Assembly: GCA_016201905.1 (NCBI GenBank)
Contig: JACQBQ010000039.1
Coordinates: forward strand, 913 to 64,912
DNA from: Candidatus Melainabacteria bacterium
GTDB lineage: Bacteria; Cyanobacteriota; Vampirovibrionia; 2-02-FULL-35-15
Direction: 5' to 3'
DNA: 64,000 nucleotides
Each line of letters begins with the position of its first letter. Position 1 is the first letter of the stretch. Both the position numbers and the translations under genes were made by a program. Of this stretch, positions 20,309 through 28,697 are shown piece after piece. Below the pieces are notes generated by a model. That model ran no database searches and was not told the DNA's origin. It saw only the letters and a program-made list of their open reading frames with translations.

Positions 20309-21709
20309 ATGGTTAATAGAGCAACTTTGGGTGTGTTAATAATGTTGCTTTTGTTTGGTCTTTTTGGATTTAATTGGCCAGCTGCAAAAGCACAAGTAGC
20401 AACACCAGCACAAGCAACGATAACTGTAAGTGGTGTACCAACAGGTACAAAAGGACTCGCAGTTGAAGTTACTGTTGATACAGCAGTAGTAACTTTAGAT
20501 TCATCAGCATCAAGCAGTGTTAGCGGTGCACTAGTGGTTACAGGAAGTATGTCAGAAGGCGTTGGAGTGATTAGTACAAGTAGTGACTTGCCAGCAAGTT
20601 TTACAATTACAGCACCATTTAAAGGTGTAACTGCTGGAACGTCAATGGTATCAGTTGGAAAAGTTTTAGATATGATTGGCGGAACTGCAATAGCAGGAGC
20701 ATCAGCAATGGTTGATGTTAGCTCAGTCTCAGTAGCTTCTTCTAGTACTAGCACATCATCTTCCTCCAGTAGTTCAACCTCTGGTGGTGCTGGAAAGCTA
20801 AGTACAGATACAATTACAGTTACAATTAATGGTGCACCAGTAGATGCTACGAATGCATTAAATGTAACGCTAGCATTTAGTGATGCAGGAGTTGTTTCAC
20901 TTGATACAGGTGTTACCTTTATGGGTACTGGTGCGACTCAGTTACTAACTGATGTTGATACTACTAAGAATGTTTTAACGGCAGTATGGAATAACAACAC
21001 TACTGACGGTAAAGCAGTTCTTACAGCTATGCTGAAAGCAGGCTCAATGGCTGGTACAACAATGATTAGCGTAAGCAAAGTAGAAGCAGCTGGTGGTACT
21101 GATATTACAAGCAATGTAGTTGCTACTGTAGATCCAAGCTCTGTAACGAATAGTGCAGGAACTTCATTAGTAGGAACTTTTGGATTAGTTGCTCCTGACT
21201 CAGTAACAGGTCCAGGTAAAGTAGCAGTAGCATTTACTGCTGATGGTACACCGTCCTCATTCTCAGCGACTCTAAACGGAAGTAAGGTTGAGTTCTTTGA
21301 TATGAGTTCAGTTGGTGTAGCGATTGTTAATATTCCATCAAGTGGTGACCTTACTCTAATGTTGGCAGTTACAGCTTCAGGAATGACTACAAGTGTAGAT
21401 CTTGGAACTATCTCTGTTGACCAAGGCAGTGGTAAGAAGCCATCAGTGAACTCAGCAAGCGCAAGCAATAAGAGTTCAGGTACAAACTTAATAGTTACTG
21501 GCAAAAAACTAAAGGATGCCACTATTGAGATAGTACCGACTGATAGAACGGCAACATCAACCACAGCTAAGGGAGCAAACATAAAAGCAACCTATGATTC
21601 TAGTGAATGTATACCAAGTGGTAGTTTCGTAAATGTTTCTACTGCAGGTGGTACAGCAGCTAAGAAGATCAAGGCACATGGTAGCTGTTCGAATAAGCTA
21701 GTTGAATAA
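20309..21709 (+). CDS. Secreted Ser/Thr/Ala/Gly-rich protein with two internal repeat modules and a poly-Ser linker
   Basis: The ORF track starts at GTG 20294. I prefer ATG 20309, which has GGAGG at 20296..20300. Signal peptide MVNRATLGVLIMLLLFGLFGFNWPAAKA/QV. Two modules end in AGTSMVSVGKV and AGTTMISVSKV, separated by SSSTSTSSSSSSSTSGG. The C-terminal part looks like an IPT/Ig-like beta domain. A terminator follows. Confidence 0.85.
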   Translation: MVNRATLGVLIMLLLFGLFGFNWPAAKAQVATPAQATITVSGVPTGTKGLAVEVTVDTAVVTLDSSASSSVSGALVVTGSMSEGVGVISTSSDLPASFTITAPFKGVTAGTSMVSVGKVLDMIGGTAIAGASAMVDVSSVSVASSSTSTSSSSSSSTSGGAGKLSTDTITVTINGAPVDATNALNVTLAFSDAGVVSLDTGVTFMGTGATQLLTDVDTTKNVLTAVWNNNTTDGKAVLTAMLKAGSMAGTTMISVSKVEAAGGTDITSNVVATVDPSSVTNSAGTSLVGTFGLVAPDSVTGPGKVAVAFTADGTPSSFSATLNGSKVEFFDMSSVGVAIVNIPSSGDLTLMLAVTASGMTTSVDLGTISVDQGSGKKPSVNSASASNKSSGTNLIVTGKKLKDATIEIVPTDRTATSTTAKGANIKATYDSSECIPSGSFVNVSTAGGTAAKKIKAHGSCSNKLVE

Positions 21710-21762
21710 CGTTAAGGCAATAGGTATCTAGTTATCTATTGTACGCTTTACAAAATATAAAA

Positions 21763-21792
21763 GAGGCACAAGTACTTGTGCCTCTTTTTTTT
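21763..21792 (+). terminator. Rho-independent terminator
   Basis: GAGGCACAAG (21763..21772), loop TA, CTTGTGCCTC (21775..21784), followed by T8. Confidence 0.85.
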
Positions 21793-21883
21793 CTGAATTT
21801 TCCTAAACATTGACAGTAAAAATGATAAATAATATAAGTTAGTGTTTGCTAGAATAGGTTACAAAAGTTGAGGAGATAACCGT

Positions 21884-22771
21884 ATGAAAAAGTTAATTAT
21901 TTTAGGAGTCCTATTGGCTAATCTAGGTTTTCTTTCTGCCTTAGCAGGAGATAAGCCAGCTAAACCAAAGATTGATATACATCCTACTGAAGGATATTCC
22001 CTTCAAATATCAATTAATGATATTCCCAAAAATCAGCAAACTCTTTTTATTCCAATTAAAATAGACACAATGGTTCTGGATTTTGATCAAGTTGTACTTG
22101 AAGGACTATCAACTCAAAATATACTTGCTGTTGTTTCAAGCTCAAAAGATAAGGTCGGTCCTGGTATTGGATTACTTAAGTTTGATGAAAATGGACTTCC
22201 TCCTTCTTTGTCATTAAAGGTTCTTTTAAAACGTACAGGTGATGGACAAACCTCAGTTTCCTTATTGAAGGTTGCTGATGAACCTGCTTTGCTTTCAAAA
22301 GGAGCAGTACTAAGTGATGGAGTTACAGTCAGCATTAAGGAAAATCCTGAACTAGAAATCACTGAAAAGGTTGAAAAAAACAGGCCAAGGCTCTTTATAA
22401 CTGAAAATAAGATAACGCTAGATGTGAAAAGAACTGGACAAAAAGAAGAGACAGTCTTTATACCATTAATATTTGATCAAAGCTTGGTTGATTTAGATGA
22501 AACTTTTGGATATGCCATTATTGGTCCTGGCATATCTGCTAAAGCTTTTAGCTCAAGCTCACTCCATGAAGGTGGACCTGGGGTTGAAATACTCTTGAGT
22601 TCTGAGGCAGATAAGGATTTTAGTATTGATGTTGACTTGATCCCGAAAAAAGTAGGTAAAGCAAAGCTAGCAGTAGCTTTCCCACTGAAAGGTCACATTG
22701 CAATAGTGAAAGGTCCTATAGTTGATATAAATCCTACGGTGATTTCTGTAGCTAGTACAGAAAAGAAGTAA
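21884..22771 (+). CDS. Secreted protein of unknown function with two internal repeat modules (cohesin-like pattern, tentative)
   Basis: 295-aa ORF with GAGGAG upstream. Signal peptide MKKLIILGVLLANLGFLSALAG. Two modules begin QTLFIPIKIDTMVLDFDQVVLEG and ETVFIPLIFDQSLVDLDETFGY. Confidence 0.8.
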   Translation: MKKLIILGVLLANLGFLSALAGDKPAKPKIDIHPTEGYSLQISINDIPKNQQTLFIPIKIDTMVLDFDQVVLEGLSTQNILAVVSSSKDKVGPGIGLLKFDENGLPPSLSLKVLLKRTGDGQTSVSLLKVADEPALLSKGAVLSDGVTVSIKENPELEITEKVEKNRPRLFITENKITLDVKRTGQKEETVFIPLIFDQSLVDLDETFGYAIIGPGISAKAFSSSSLHEGGPGVEILLSSEADKDFSIDVDLIPKKVGKAKLAVAFPLKGHIAIVKGPIVDINPTVISVASTEKK

Positions 22772-22801
22772 ATAACAGAAAATAAGTTTTAAGGAGAAAT
22801 T

Positions 22802-22900
22802 ATGAAACAGAAGCAGCAAAGAGGTTTAAAGCGTGCAATGAAAGTCTTAAAGAGAAAAAGAAAGAAAAGAATGCTTAATAAAATTGAAAAGATTAAATGA
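22802..22900 (+). CDS. 32-aa extremely basic micro-ORF, translationally coupled to the aminotransferase gene
   Basis: AAGGAG at ~22791..22796, ATG at 22802. Translates to MKQKQQRGLKRAMKVLKRKRKKRMLNKIEKIK. Its TGA stop (22898..22900) overlaps the ATG of the next gene (22897) as ATGA. It is below the ORF-track size cut-off. Confidence 0.4.
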   Translation: MKQKQQRGLKRAMKVLKRKRKKRMLNKIEKIK

Positions 22901-24042
22901 CAAAGCTAATAAACCTAAAACAAAACCAGAAAAAAATCCCAATTATTGATCTTGTCTGCCACTATAGATCTATTCAAAATGAAATCGAGAAAGTGACTTT
23001 TGATGTGCTCTCATCAGGACATTATATTCTGGGGAAAAATGTAGAAGCATTTGAAGAAGAACTATCAAAATACTTAGGATGTAAGAATGTCGTTTCCTGT
23101 GCAAATGGAACAGATGCAATTGTTCTGGCTTTAAAGGCCCTGGATATAAAGCCAGGAGATGAAATTATAACTGTATCGCACAGTTTTTTTGCTACAAGTG
23201 AGGCTATTGCTTTAGTAGGCGGAATTCCTGTTTTTGCAGATATAAGAGAAGATGATTTTAATATTGATCCTGAAAAAATCGAAGCTTTAATTACAAAAAA
23301 AACAAAAGCAATTATACCTGTCCATTTATATGGCCAGCCATGTGAAATCAGCTCTGTGATTGAGATTGCAAAGAAGTATGGATTATATGTGATTGAAGAC
23401 TGTGCTCAATCTATAGGAGCTAAGTTTAATGGGAAAAACGTGGGTACTTTTGGTGATATTAGTACTTTGAGTTTTTTCCCGACAAAAAACCTAGGAGCCT
23501 GTGGTGATGGAGGAGCTGTAATTACTAATGATTATAAACTTGCAACAAAAATAAAACAGCTTAGGATTCATGGCTCATCCAAGCGCTATGTGCATGATTA
23601 TATTGGCATGAATAGTAGGCTTGATGAGTTGCAAGCTGCCATATTAAGAATTAAATTGCCTTACTTGGATAAATGGAATCATGAACGCTATAAAGCAGCT
23701 AAATATTATGATGAACTTTTTAAAGATGTAAAGCAAGTGACTACTCCAATTGTTAAATCTAATTCCCAGCACGTTTTCCACCAATATACAATCAGATTAA
23801 ATCAAAGAGACTTCTTATGTGAAAAACTTAGAGAAAAAAACATTGAAACAATAATTTATTATCCAGTACCCATACATTTACAAAGTGTGTTTAGTTATTT
23901 AGGTCGCCAAAAAGGCTCATTACCAGTGACTGAAAAGATATGCAATGAGATTTTATCTTTGCCAATATACCCGGAAATCACAAAAGACATTCAAGAATAT
24001 ATAGTAGAAAATATTAAAAGTATTCTTGCTGTTGGTCCTTGA
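22897..24042 (+). CDS. DegT/DnrJ/EryC1/StrS-family PLP-dependent sugar aminotransferase (PglE/WecE-like)
   Basis: 381 aa. Family hallmark SFFPTKNLGACGDGGAVITND (PLP-lysine region), plus HLYGQPCE and NSRLDELQAAIL. Confidence 0.9.
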   Translation: MTKLINLKQNQKKIPIIDLVCHYRSIQNEIEKVTFDVLSSGHYILGKNVEAFEEELSKYLGCKNVVSCANGTDAIVLALKALDIKPGDEIITVSHSFFATSEAIALVGGIPVFADIREDDFNIDPEKIEALITKKTKAIIPVHLYGQPCEISSVIEIAKKYGLYVIEDCAQSIGAKFNGKNVGTFGDISTLSFFPTKNLGACGDGGAVITNDYKLATKIKQLRIHGSSKRYVHDYIGMNSRLDELQAAILRIKLPYLDKWNHERYKAAKYYDELFKDVKQVTTPIVKSNSQHVFHQYTIRLNQRDFLCEKLREKNIETIIYYPVPIHLQSVFSYLGRQKGSLPVTEKICNEILSLPIYPEITKDIQEYIVENIKSILAVGP

Positions 24043-25953
24043 TTAAACACCTGCAGGAACTTTGCTTTCTAATTTGTTTAGCTTATGTGTTTCAGTTGAA
24101 AGTTTGTTTTTAAATGTTTGAATATCGCAAGTCGGTAGCAGGTTATATAGTTCATCAATACTGGCTTTCACAAGATTGCCTGGAGTATCTTTGGACTTAA
24201 TCACTAGTATTTTTTTGTGTTTTGTGATGTCTGTGCCTTCATAATATCCCACAAGTTCTTCTTTGAGTTTTTCGCCGGGTCTTAAACCTGTAACTTTTAC
24301 TTTGATTTGATCGAAATCGTAACCAGACAGTTTAATAAAGTCTTTTGCTAATTGATAAATGCTGATTTCATTACCCATATCTAAAACCATTATTTCAGAT
24401 GATTTCCCGGCAGCGCTTGCTTTAATTACAAGTTGTGCGGCTTCTAGCAATGTCATAAAAAATCTATATGCGTTCTTGTCTGTAATAGTAATTTGCAAGT
24501 TGTTTTTGAGTTGTCTTTCCCATATAGGAATTACACTGCCACGACTTCCTATTACGTTTCCGAATCTGACTGAAATGTATTTGGTCTTAGGATATTCTTT
24601 AGCGCATGCATTAACAATAAGTTCAGCAAGTCTTTTTGTGAATCCTAAAACATTTACTGGATTTACTGCTTTATCTGTTGAAATATTTACAAATGTTTCA
24701 GTATTTAATAATCCTGCAATCTCTGCAATATTTTTTGTTCCAATAGCATTATTTTCAAATGCTTCTTTAGGGTGGTCTTCCATAAGTGGTACATGTTTAT
24801 GAGCTGCGGCATGGAAAATGACTTCTGGAGCAGCTTTGTGGATGTGATAGTGAAGCTGTTTGTAATTCCTGATGTCACAAATTATCGGAGTAAAGTTTGA
24901 TGTTAATGCACTAAGATCTTGTGAGAGTTGAAAAATGCTATTTTCACCTCTTCCTAAAATATAAATGTGCTTAGGTGAAAAGTTTTTAACTAATTGTTTG
25001 GTTAGCTCGCTTCCAATTGAGCCGCCAGCTCCTGTAATTAAAATCGTTTTATTGTTTATAAAATTTGCAACTTCTGGAATAGACATATCAACAGGTTCTC
25101 TGCCAAGTAAATCTTCTAAGCTTACTTTTCTGATTTGTTCAATTGTTACTTGACCACCAGCTAGTTGGTCTACCCCGGGAATTATTTTTGTTTCCAGATT
25201 TGTTTTCTGACATAGTTCAACTATTTCTCTCAACTGTTTTGGTGGCATTGAAGGTATTGCAATTATAATTTGTTCAATATTTTGTTCTTTAACTATTTTG
25301 TCTAAAGAATTAATTTGTCCAGTTACTCTTACACTGTTCGATAGCTTAATGTTTTGTTTCCTTAAATCATCGTCTAAGGCACAAATAACTTCAATGTCTA
25401 GTTCAGGATGCTGGGCAATTTTTCTTACTAGCTCCTGAGCTGCTTGTCCTGCACCTATTAAGAGTGTTCGTGTTTTTGTTCTTTGTATTTTAGACTGTTG
25501 TCTTTTTTTAATTGCTCTGTTTGCTATCTGCCACTTTCTTGTAAGCCTTGCAAAGGATAGAAAAATAAGACTTAGAGATGAATCCATTATGATTACACCA
25601 AAAGGAATTGCAAAAATATAATTTTCTGAAGTGAAACCAATTGCTCTTGGTATGGCTAAAAGTAAAGAAGAAAAGACGATTGGTTTTGTAAGTTCTAAAA
25701 TCTCGTTAATTTCTGTGTAGCGCCACATCTTGCTGTATATTTGAAAAACAAATAAAAAAATGGTTCTTAATGCAACAACAAAAGGTAAAACAGTTGGTAA
25801 CTGTGATTTCCAAAACCAGCTTTGAACCCCAGGTGATAAGTGATGTTCTAGTCTTAGTTTGTATGAAACTATTAGAGAAAGAGAAAATAAGGAGATATCA
25901 ATTACTATTCTTAAAATCTTTTTTATGGAATAAACCCACTCTTTGATTGCCAC
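24043..25953 (-). CDS. CapD/PglF/WbpM-like membrane-anchored nucleotide-sugar 4,6-dehydratase (polysaccharide biosynthesis protein)
   Basis: 636 aa. N-terminal TM helices, then two Rossmann motifs (LLIGAGQAAQEL and ILITGAGGSIGSEL), and STDKAVNPVNVLGFTKRLAE. Convergent with the aminotransferase gene with no gap. Confidence 0.88.
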   Translation of the reverse strand: MAIKEWVYSIKKILRIVIDISLFSLSLIVSYKLRLEHHLSPGVQSWFWKSQLPTVLPFVVALRTIFLFVFQIYSKMWRYTEINEILELTKPIVFSSLLLAIPRAIGFTSENYIFAIPFGVIIMDSSLSLIFLSFARLTRKWQIANRAIKKRQQSKIQRTKTRTLLIGAGQAAQELVRKIAQHPELDIEVICALDDDLRKQNIKLSNSVRVTGQINSLDKIVKEQNIEQIIIAIPSMPPKQLREIVELCQKTNLETKIIPGVDQLAGGQVTIEQIRKVSLEDLLGREPVDMSIPEVANFINNKTILITGAGGSIGSELTKQLVKNFSPKHIYILGRGENSIFQLSQDLSALTSNFTPIICDIRNYKQLHYHIHKAAPEVIFHAAAHKHVPLMEDHPKEAFENNAIGTKNIAEIAGLLNTETFVNISTDKAVNPVNVLGFTKRLAELIVNACAKEYPKTKYISVRFGNVIGSRGSVIPIWERQLKNNLQITITDKNAYRFFMTLLEAAQLVIKASAAGKSSEIMVLDMGNEISIYQLAKDFIKLSGYDFDQIKVKVTGLRPGEKLKEELVGYYEGTDITKHKKILVIKSKDTPGNLVKASIDELYNLLPTCDIQTFKNKLSTETHKLNKLESKVPAGV

Positions 25954-25972
25954 AGCTGCTTACTCCTAGTAT

Positions 25973-26152
25973 TTATTTAATTTCTTTATGGAGTGTGTAT
26001 CTTTTTAAATAGGGGTTGTACTTTTTTAATTCCAGTCTTTCAGTTTGTTTTCTTTTATTTTTTGAAGTAGTATACCTAGAAGGTGGTTTTCCTTCTTTTT
26101 TTGCTTCAGTGCATTCAAGTGTTATTACTATGCGATCTTTCTTTTTTGCCAT
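25973..26152 (-). CDS. rpmG: 50S ribosomal protein L33
   Basis: 59-aa ORF missed by the track. Translates to [59 protein letters not shown], the classic L33 pattern (RY.T.KNK...ERLELKKY.P....HTLHKEIK). AAGGA lies 9 nt upstream. It has only one Cys, so it is the non-zinc form. Confidence 0.88.
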   Translation of the reverse strand: MAKKKDRIVITLECTEAKKEGKPPSRYTTSKNKRKQTERLELKKYNPYLKRYTLHKEIK

Positions 26153-26264
26153 TATTTCAGTCCTTATATCTAAGTCTCCTTATTATATAAAAAATATGGA
26201 TGAATTTCAAAAGAAGTCTGTATCTCGTATACCGTATTCCATTTGAGATATGGAATACGAATAG

Positions 26265-26489
26265 CTAATGCTTATCTCTTTCTGTGCAACATTCCTTGCT
26301 ATTTGATTCGTTTAAGTGGGCAATAGCATTTAATAGATCACTATTTGTTAAATGGTTTTCAATTAAAAACTTTTTAATTAAAGGGCTGTCAGATAACCAA
26401 CCTACTTTTAGCAAGTGATGAAGATGATCCTTTGCATCATATGTTTTATTCCTAGTTATGCTTTCTGCATCAAGATTTAATTCGTTCAT
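26265..26489 (-). CDS. Hypothetical protein (74 aa)
   Basis: The ORF lies 1 nt downstream of the phosphatase gene on the same strand. A 10-bp-stem hairpin follows it (26233..26259). No recognisable motifs. Confidence 0.45.
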   Translation of the reverse strand: MNELNLDAESITRNKTYDAKDHLHHLLKVGWLSDSPLIKKFLIENHLTNSDLLNAIAHLNESNSKECCTERDKH

Positions 26490-26490
26490 T

Positions 26491-27123
26491 TTAAAGCTCT
26501 CTTTGAACTGCTAATTTTAGTACTTCTTTATTATAATAAATTAATTTTCCATGTTCGTGTTTTGTTGTCGGATTAAATTTTATAAGAGTTAAACTGCAGT
26601 TAGCAGTTGTAAATAGTGTTAGTTCTTCACCACTTAACTTCTTAAAATAACCAACCTGTGTTTTTATACTTCCTCCATGAGTAAATACTGCGATTCTATC
26701 GTTTAAACTGTGGCTCAATAAAATTTTATCAATGGCTCTTTTAGTTCTCTTGAAGTGAGACTCAAAGCTCTCAAACCAATGTGGCCGAACATAATAATTT
26801 GCATGCCAGGCATTGTATTCTTTAGGATATTTTTCTTTTACCTTGTCATAAGTAAGTCCTTCCCAAATACCAAAATGTGCTTCACGTAAGTCTTTATCTG
26901 TTTTTATTTTGAGATTTAATTTGTCTGCTGTGGGTTTTGCTGTCTGTACTGCCCGGTCAAGATCACTTGAATATACTGCGCTTAAGTCACCAATATTAAA
27001 ATGTTTACTTAAATCTTTTGCTTGGTCTTTGCCTAACTCAGATAGTCCGGTATCAGTCTGTCCTTGAACTGTACTGGTTTTGTTTCCTTCACTTTGTCCA
27101 TGTCTTATTAAGATTATTTCCAT
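26491..27123 (-). CDS. Histidine phosphatase family protein (phosphoglycerate mutase-like)
   Basis: N-terminal LIRHGQSEGN (RHG catalytic motif) and a later FTHGG motif. 210 aa. Confidence 0.85.
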   Translation of the reverse strand: MEIILIRHGQSEGNKTSTVQGQTDTGLSELGKDQAKDLSKHFNIGDLSAVYSSDLDRAVQTAKPTADKLNLKIKTDKDLREAHFGIWEGLTYDKVKEKYPKEYNAWHANYYVRPHWFESFESHFKRTKRAIDKILLSHSLNDRIAVFTHGGSIKTQVGYFKKLSGEELTLFTTANCSLTLIKFNPTTKHEHGKLIYYNKEVLKLAVQREL

Positions 27124-27186
27124 ATGTTTTTAAATGTAAATTGAGTATTACTTTAACTAATATATTAAAATACTGTAGCATTCAAA

Positions 27187-28692
27187 GTGTTTCTGGAGGG
27201 ACAATTGAAAGATTTAGTTAACAAATCAGCAAAAGAATTAAACAAACTTTTTTTAAGTAAAGAGATCTCAGCAAAAGAAATTGTTAATGCATTCTATAAA
27301 CAAATTGAAATTGTAGAGCCTAAAATCCAAGCCTTAAATTCTCTTACTAAAGACTTAGCTTATAAGCAAGCAGAAGAATTAGATCAAAAAGTTTCTCGCT
27401 CTGATAAGTTAGGACCAATTGCAGGGGTACCTATTATTGTTAAAGATGTGCTTTGTGTAAAAAATTACCATGCAACATGTAGTTCTAAGATATTAGAGAA
27501 TTTTATTGCGCCATATGAATCTACTGCTACCAGTAACCTCTGGAGTGCTGGTGCTATCTGTCTTGCAAAGTCAAATATGGATGAATTTGCAATGGGAAGC
27601 TCCACAGAGAACTCGGCATTTAAAAAAACAAAAAACCCCTGGAATCTAAACACAGTTCCTGGTGGTAGCTCTGGTGGTTCGGCAGCCAGTGTTGCAGCGA
27701 TGGAAGCCCCAGTAAGTCTTGGAACCGATACAGGTGGTTCTGTCAGGCAACCAGCTAGTTTTTGTGGTGTTGTTGGTTTAAAACCTACTTATGGAAGAGT
27801 CTCAAGGTTTGGCTTGATAGCTTTTGCAAGCAGCCTGGATCAAGTTGGTCCATTTGCAAGAGATGTATATGACACTGCTTTGATTTTGCAACATATGAGT
27901 GGCTATGATCCAAAAGATAGCACTTCATTAAATGTTGATGTGCCGGATTATATAAGTAAACTAAACATTGGAAATTTAAAAGGAAAGAAAATAGGCTTGA
28001 TTAAAGAACTTATAGGTGATGGTATTGAAAGTGAAGTCAGGAAGTCAGTAGAAAACTCAATTAAAATTTTAAAAGACCTTGGAGCAGAAATTGTTGAAAT
28101 ATCTTTGCCGAATGTAAAATATTCTGTCCCTGTATATTATATTCTTGCAACGGCTGAAGCAAGTTCAAATTTGGCGAGGTATGATGGGGTTAAATATGGA
28201 CATCGTGCACAAGGTACTAAAGAAGTTTTACCAATGTATACTAAGACCAGGCAGGAAGGTTTTGGAGCTGAAGTTAAAAGAAGAATAATGCTTGGCACCT
28301 ATGCGCTAAGCTCTGGTTATTATGAGGCTTATTATAAAAAAGCCCAACAAGTAAGAAAGCTGGTAACGCAGGACTTCTTAAATTCATTTGAAAAAGTAGA
28401 TCTGATGATTACACCTACTTGCCCAACTACAGCTTTTGAGCTGGGTTCTAAAGTGGAAGATCCTCTTAGTATGTATCTCTCCGATATTGCAACTATACCT
28501 GCCAGCTTGGCAGGACTCCCTGCTATTTCTGTACCATGTGGTTTTGACTCAAAAAATTTACCAATTGGTTTGCAAATTATTGCACCAGCTTTAAGTGAAG
28601 AGCTATTGTTAAGTGCTGCTTATGAGTTTGAAAAAACGTGTAATTTATTTAATAAAACAAATATGAAAGTGTCAGCAGTGGTAGTAGGATAA
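27187..28692 (+). CDS. gatA: Glu-tRNA(Gln)/Asp-tRNA(Asn) amidotransferase subunit A
   Basis: Amidase signature GGSSGGSAASVAA and GTDTGGSVRQPASFCGVVGLKPTYGRVSR. GTG start as given in the track. Confidence 0.92.
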   Translation: MFLEGQLKDLVNKSAKELNKLFLSKEISAKEIVNAFYKQIEIVEPKIQALNSLTKDLAYKQAEELDQKVSRSDKLGPIAGVPIIVKDVLCVKNYHATCSSKILENFIAPYESTATSNLWSAGAICLAKSNMDEFAMGSSTENSAFKKTKNPWNLNTVPGGSSGGSAASVAAMEAPVSLGTDTGGSVRQPASFCGVVGLKPTYGRVSRFGLIAFASSLDQVGPFARDVYDTALILQHMSGYDPKDSTSLNVDVPDYISKLNIGNLKGKKIGLIKELIGDGIESEVRKSVENSIKILKDLGAEIVEISLPNVKYSVPVYYILATAEASSNLARYDGVKYGHRAQGTKEVLPMYTKTRQEGFGAEVKRRIMLGTYALSSGYYEAYYKKAQQVRKLVTQDFLNSFEKVDLMITPTCPTTAFELGSKVEDPLSMYLSDIATIPASLAGLPAISVPCGFDSKNLPIGLQIIAPALSEELLLSAAYEFEKTCNLFNKTNMKVSAVVVG

Positions 28693-28697
28693 AAGAA

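Noticed and set aside
20755-20805. Poly-Ser coding tract in the 466-aa protein as a simple-sequence repeat
   Set aside because: The Ser/Thr run is encoded by mixed codons (tct, tcc, agt, agc, aca, acc) and not by a perfect nucleotide repeat, so slippage is unlikely. It is better explained as a flexible linker that may be glycosylated.
16296-21582. Long antisense ORFs (71-214 aa) inside the two Thr/Ala/Ser/Gly-rich genes: 16296..16631, 16926..17270, 17466..17894, 18174..18389, 18549..19172, 19626..19943, 20284..20754 and 20938..21582
   Set aside because: They are fully embedded antisense to strongly supported genes. The sense strand is dominated by GCN/ACN/GGN/GTN codons, whose complements rarely create stop codons, so open antisense frames are expected by composition. 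None has an RBS.
26016-26246. 76-aa plus-strand ORF in the track
   Set aside because: It is antisense to the clear L33 (rpmG) gene at 25973..26152, and its product is low-complexity Phe/Ser-rich.
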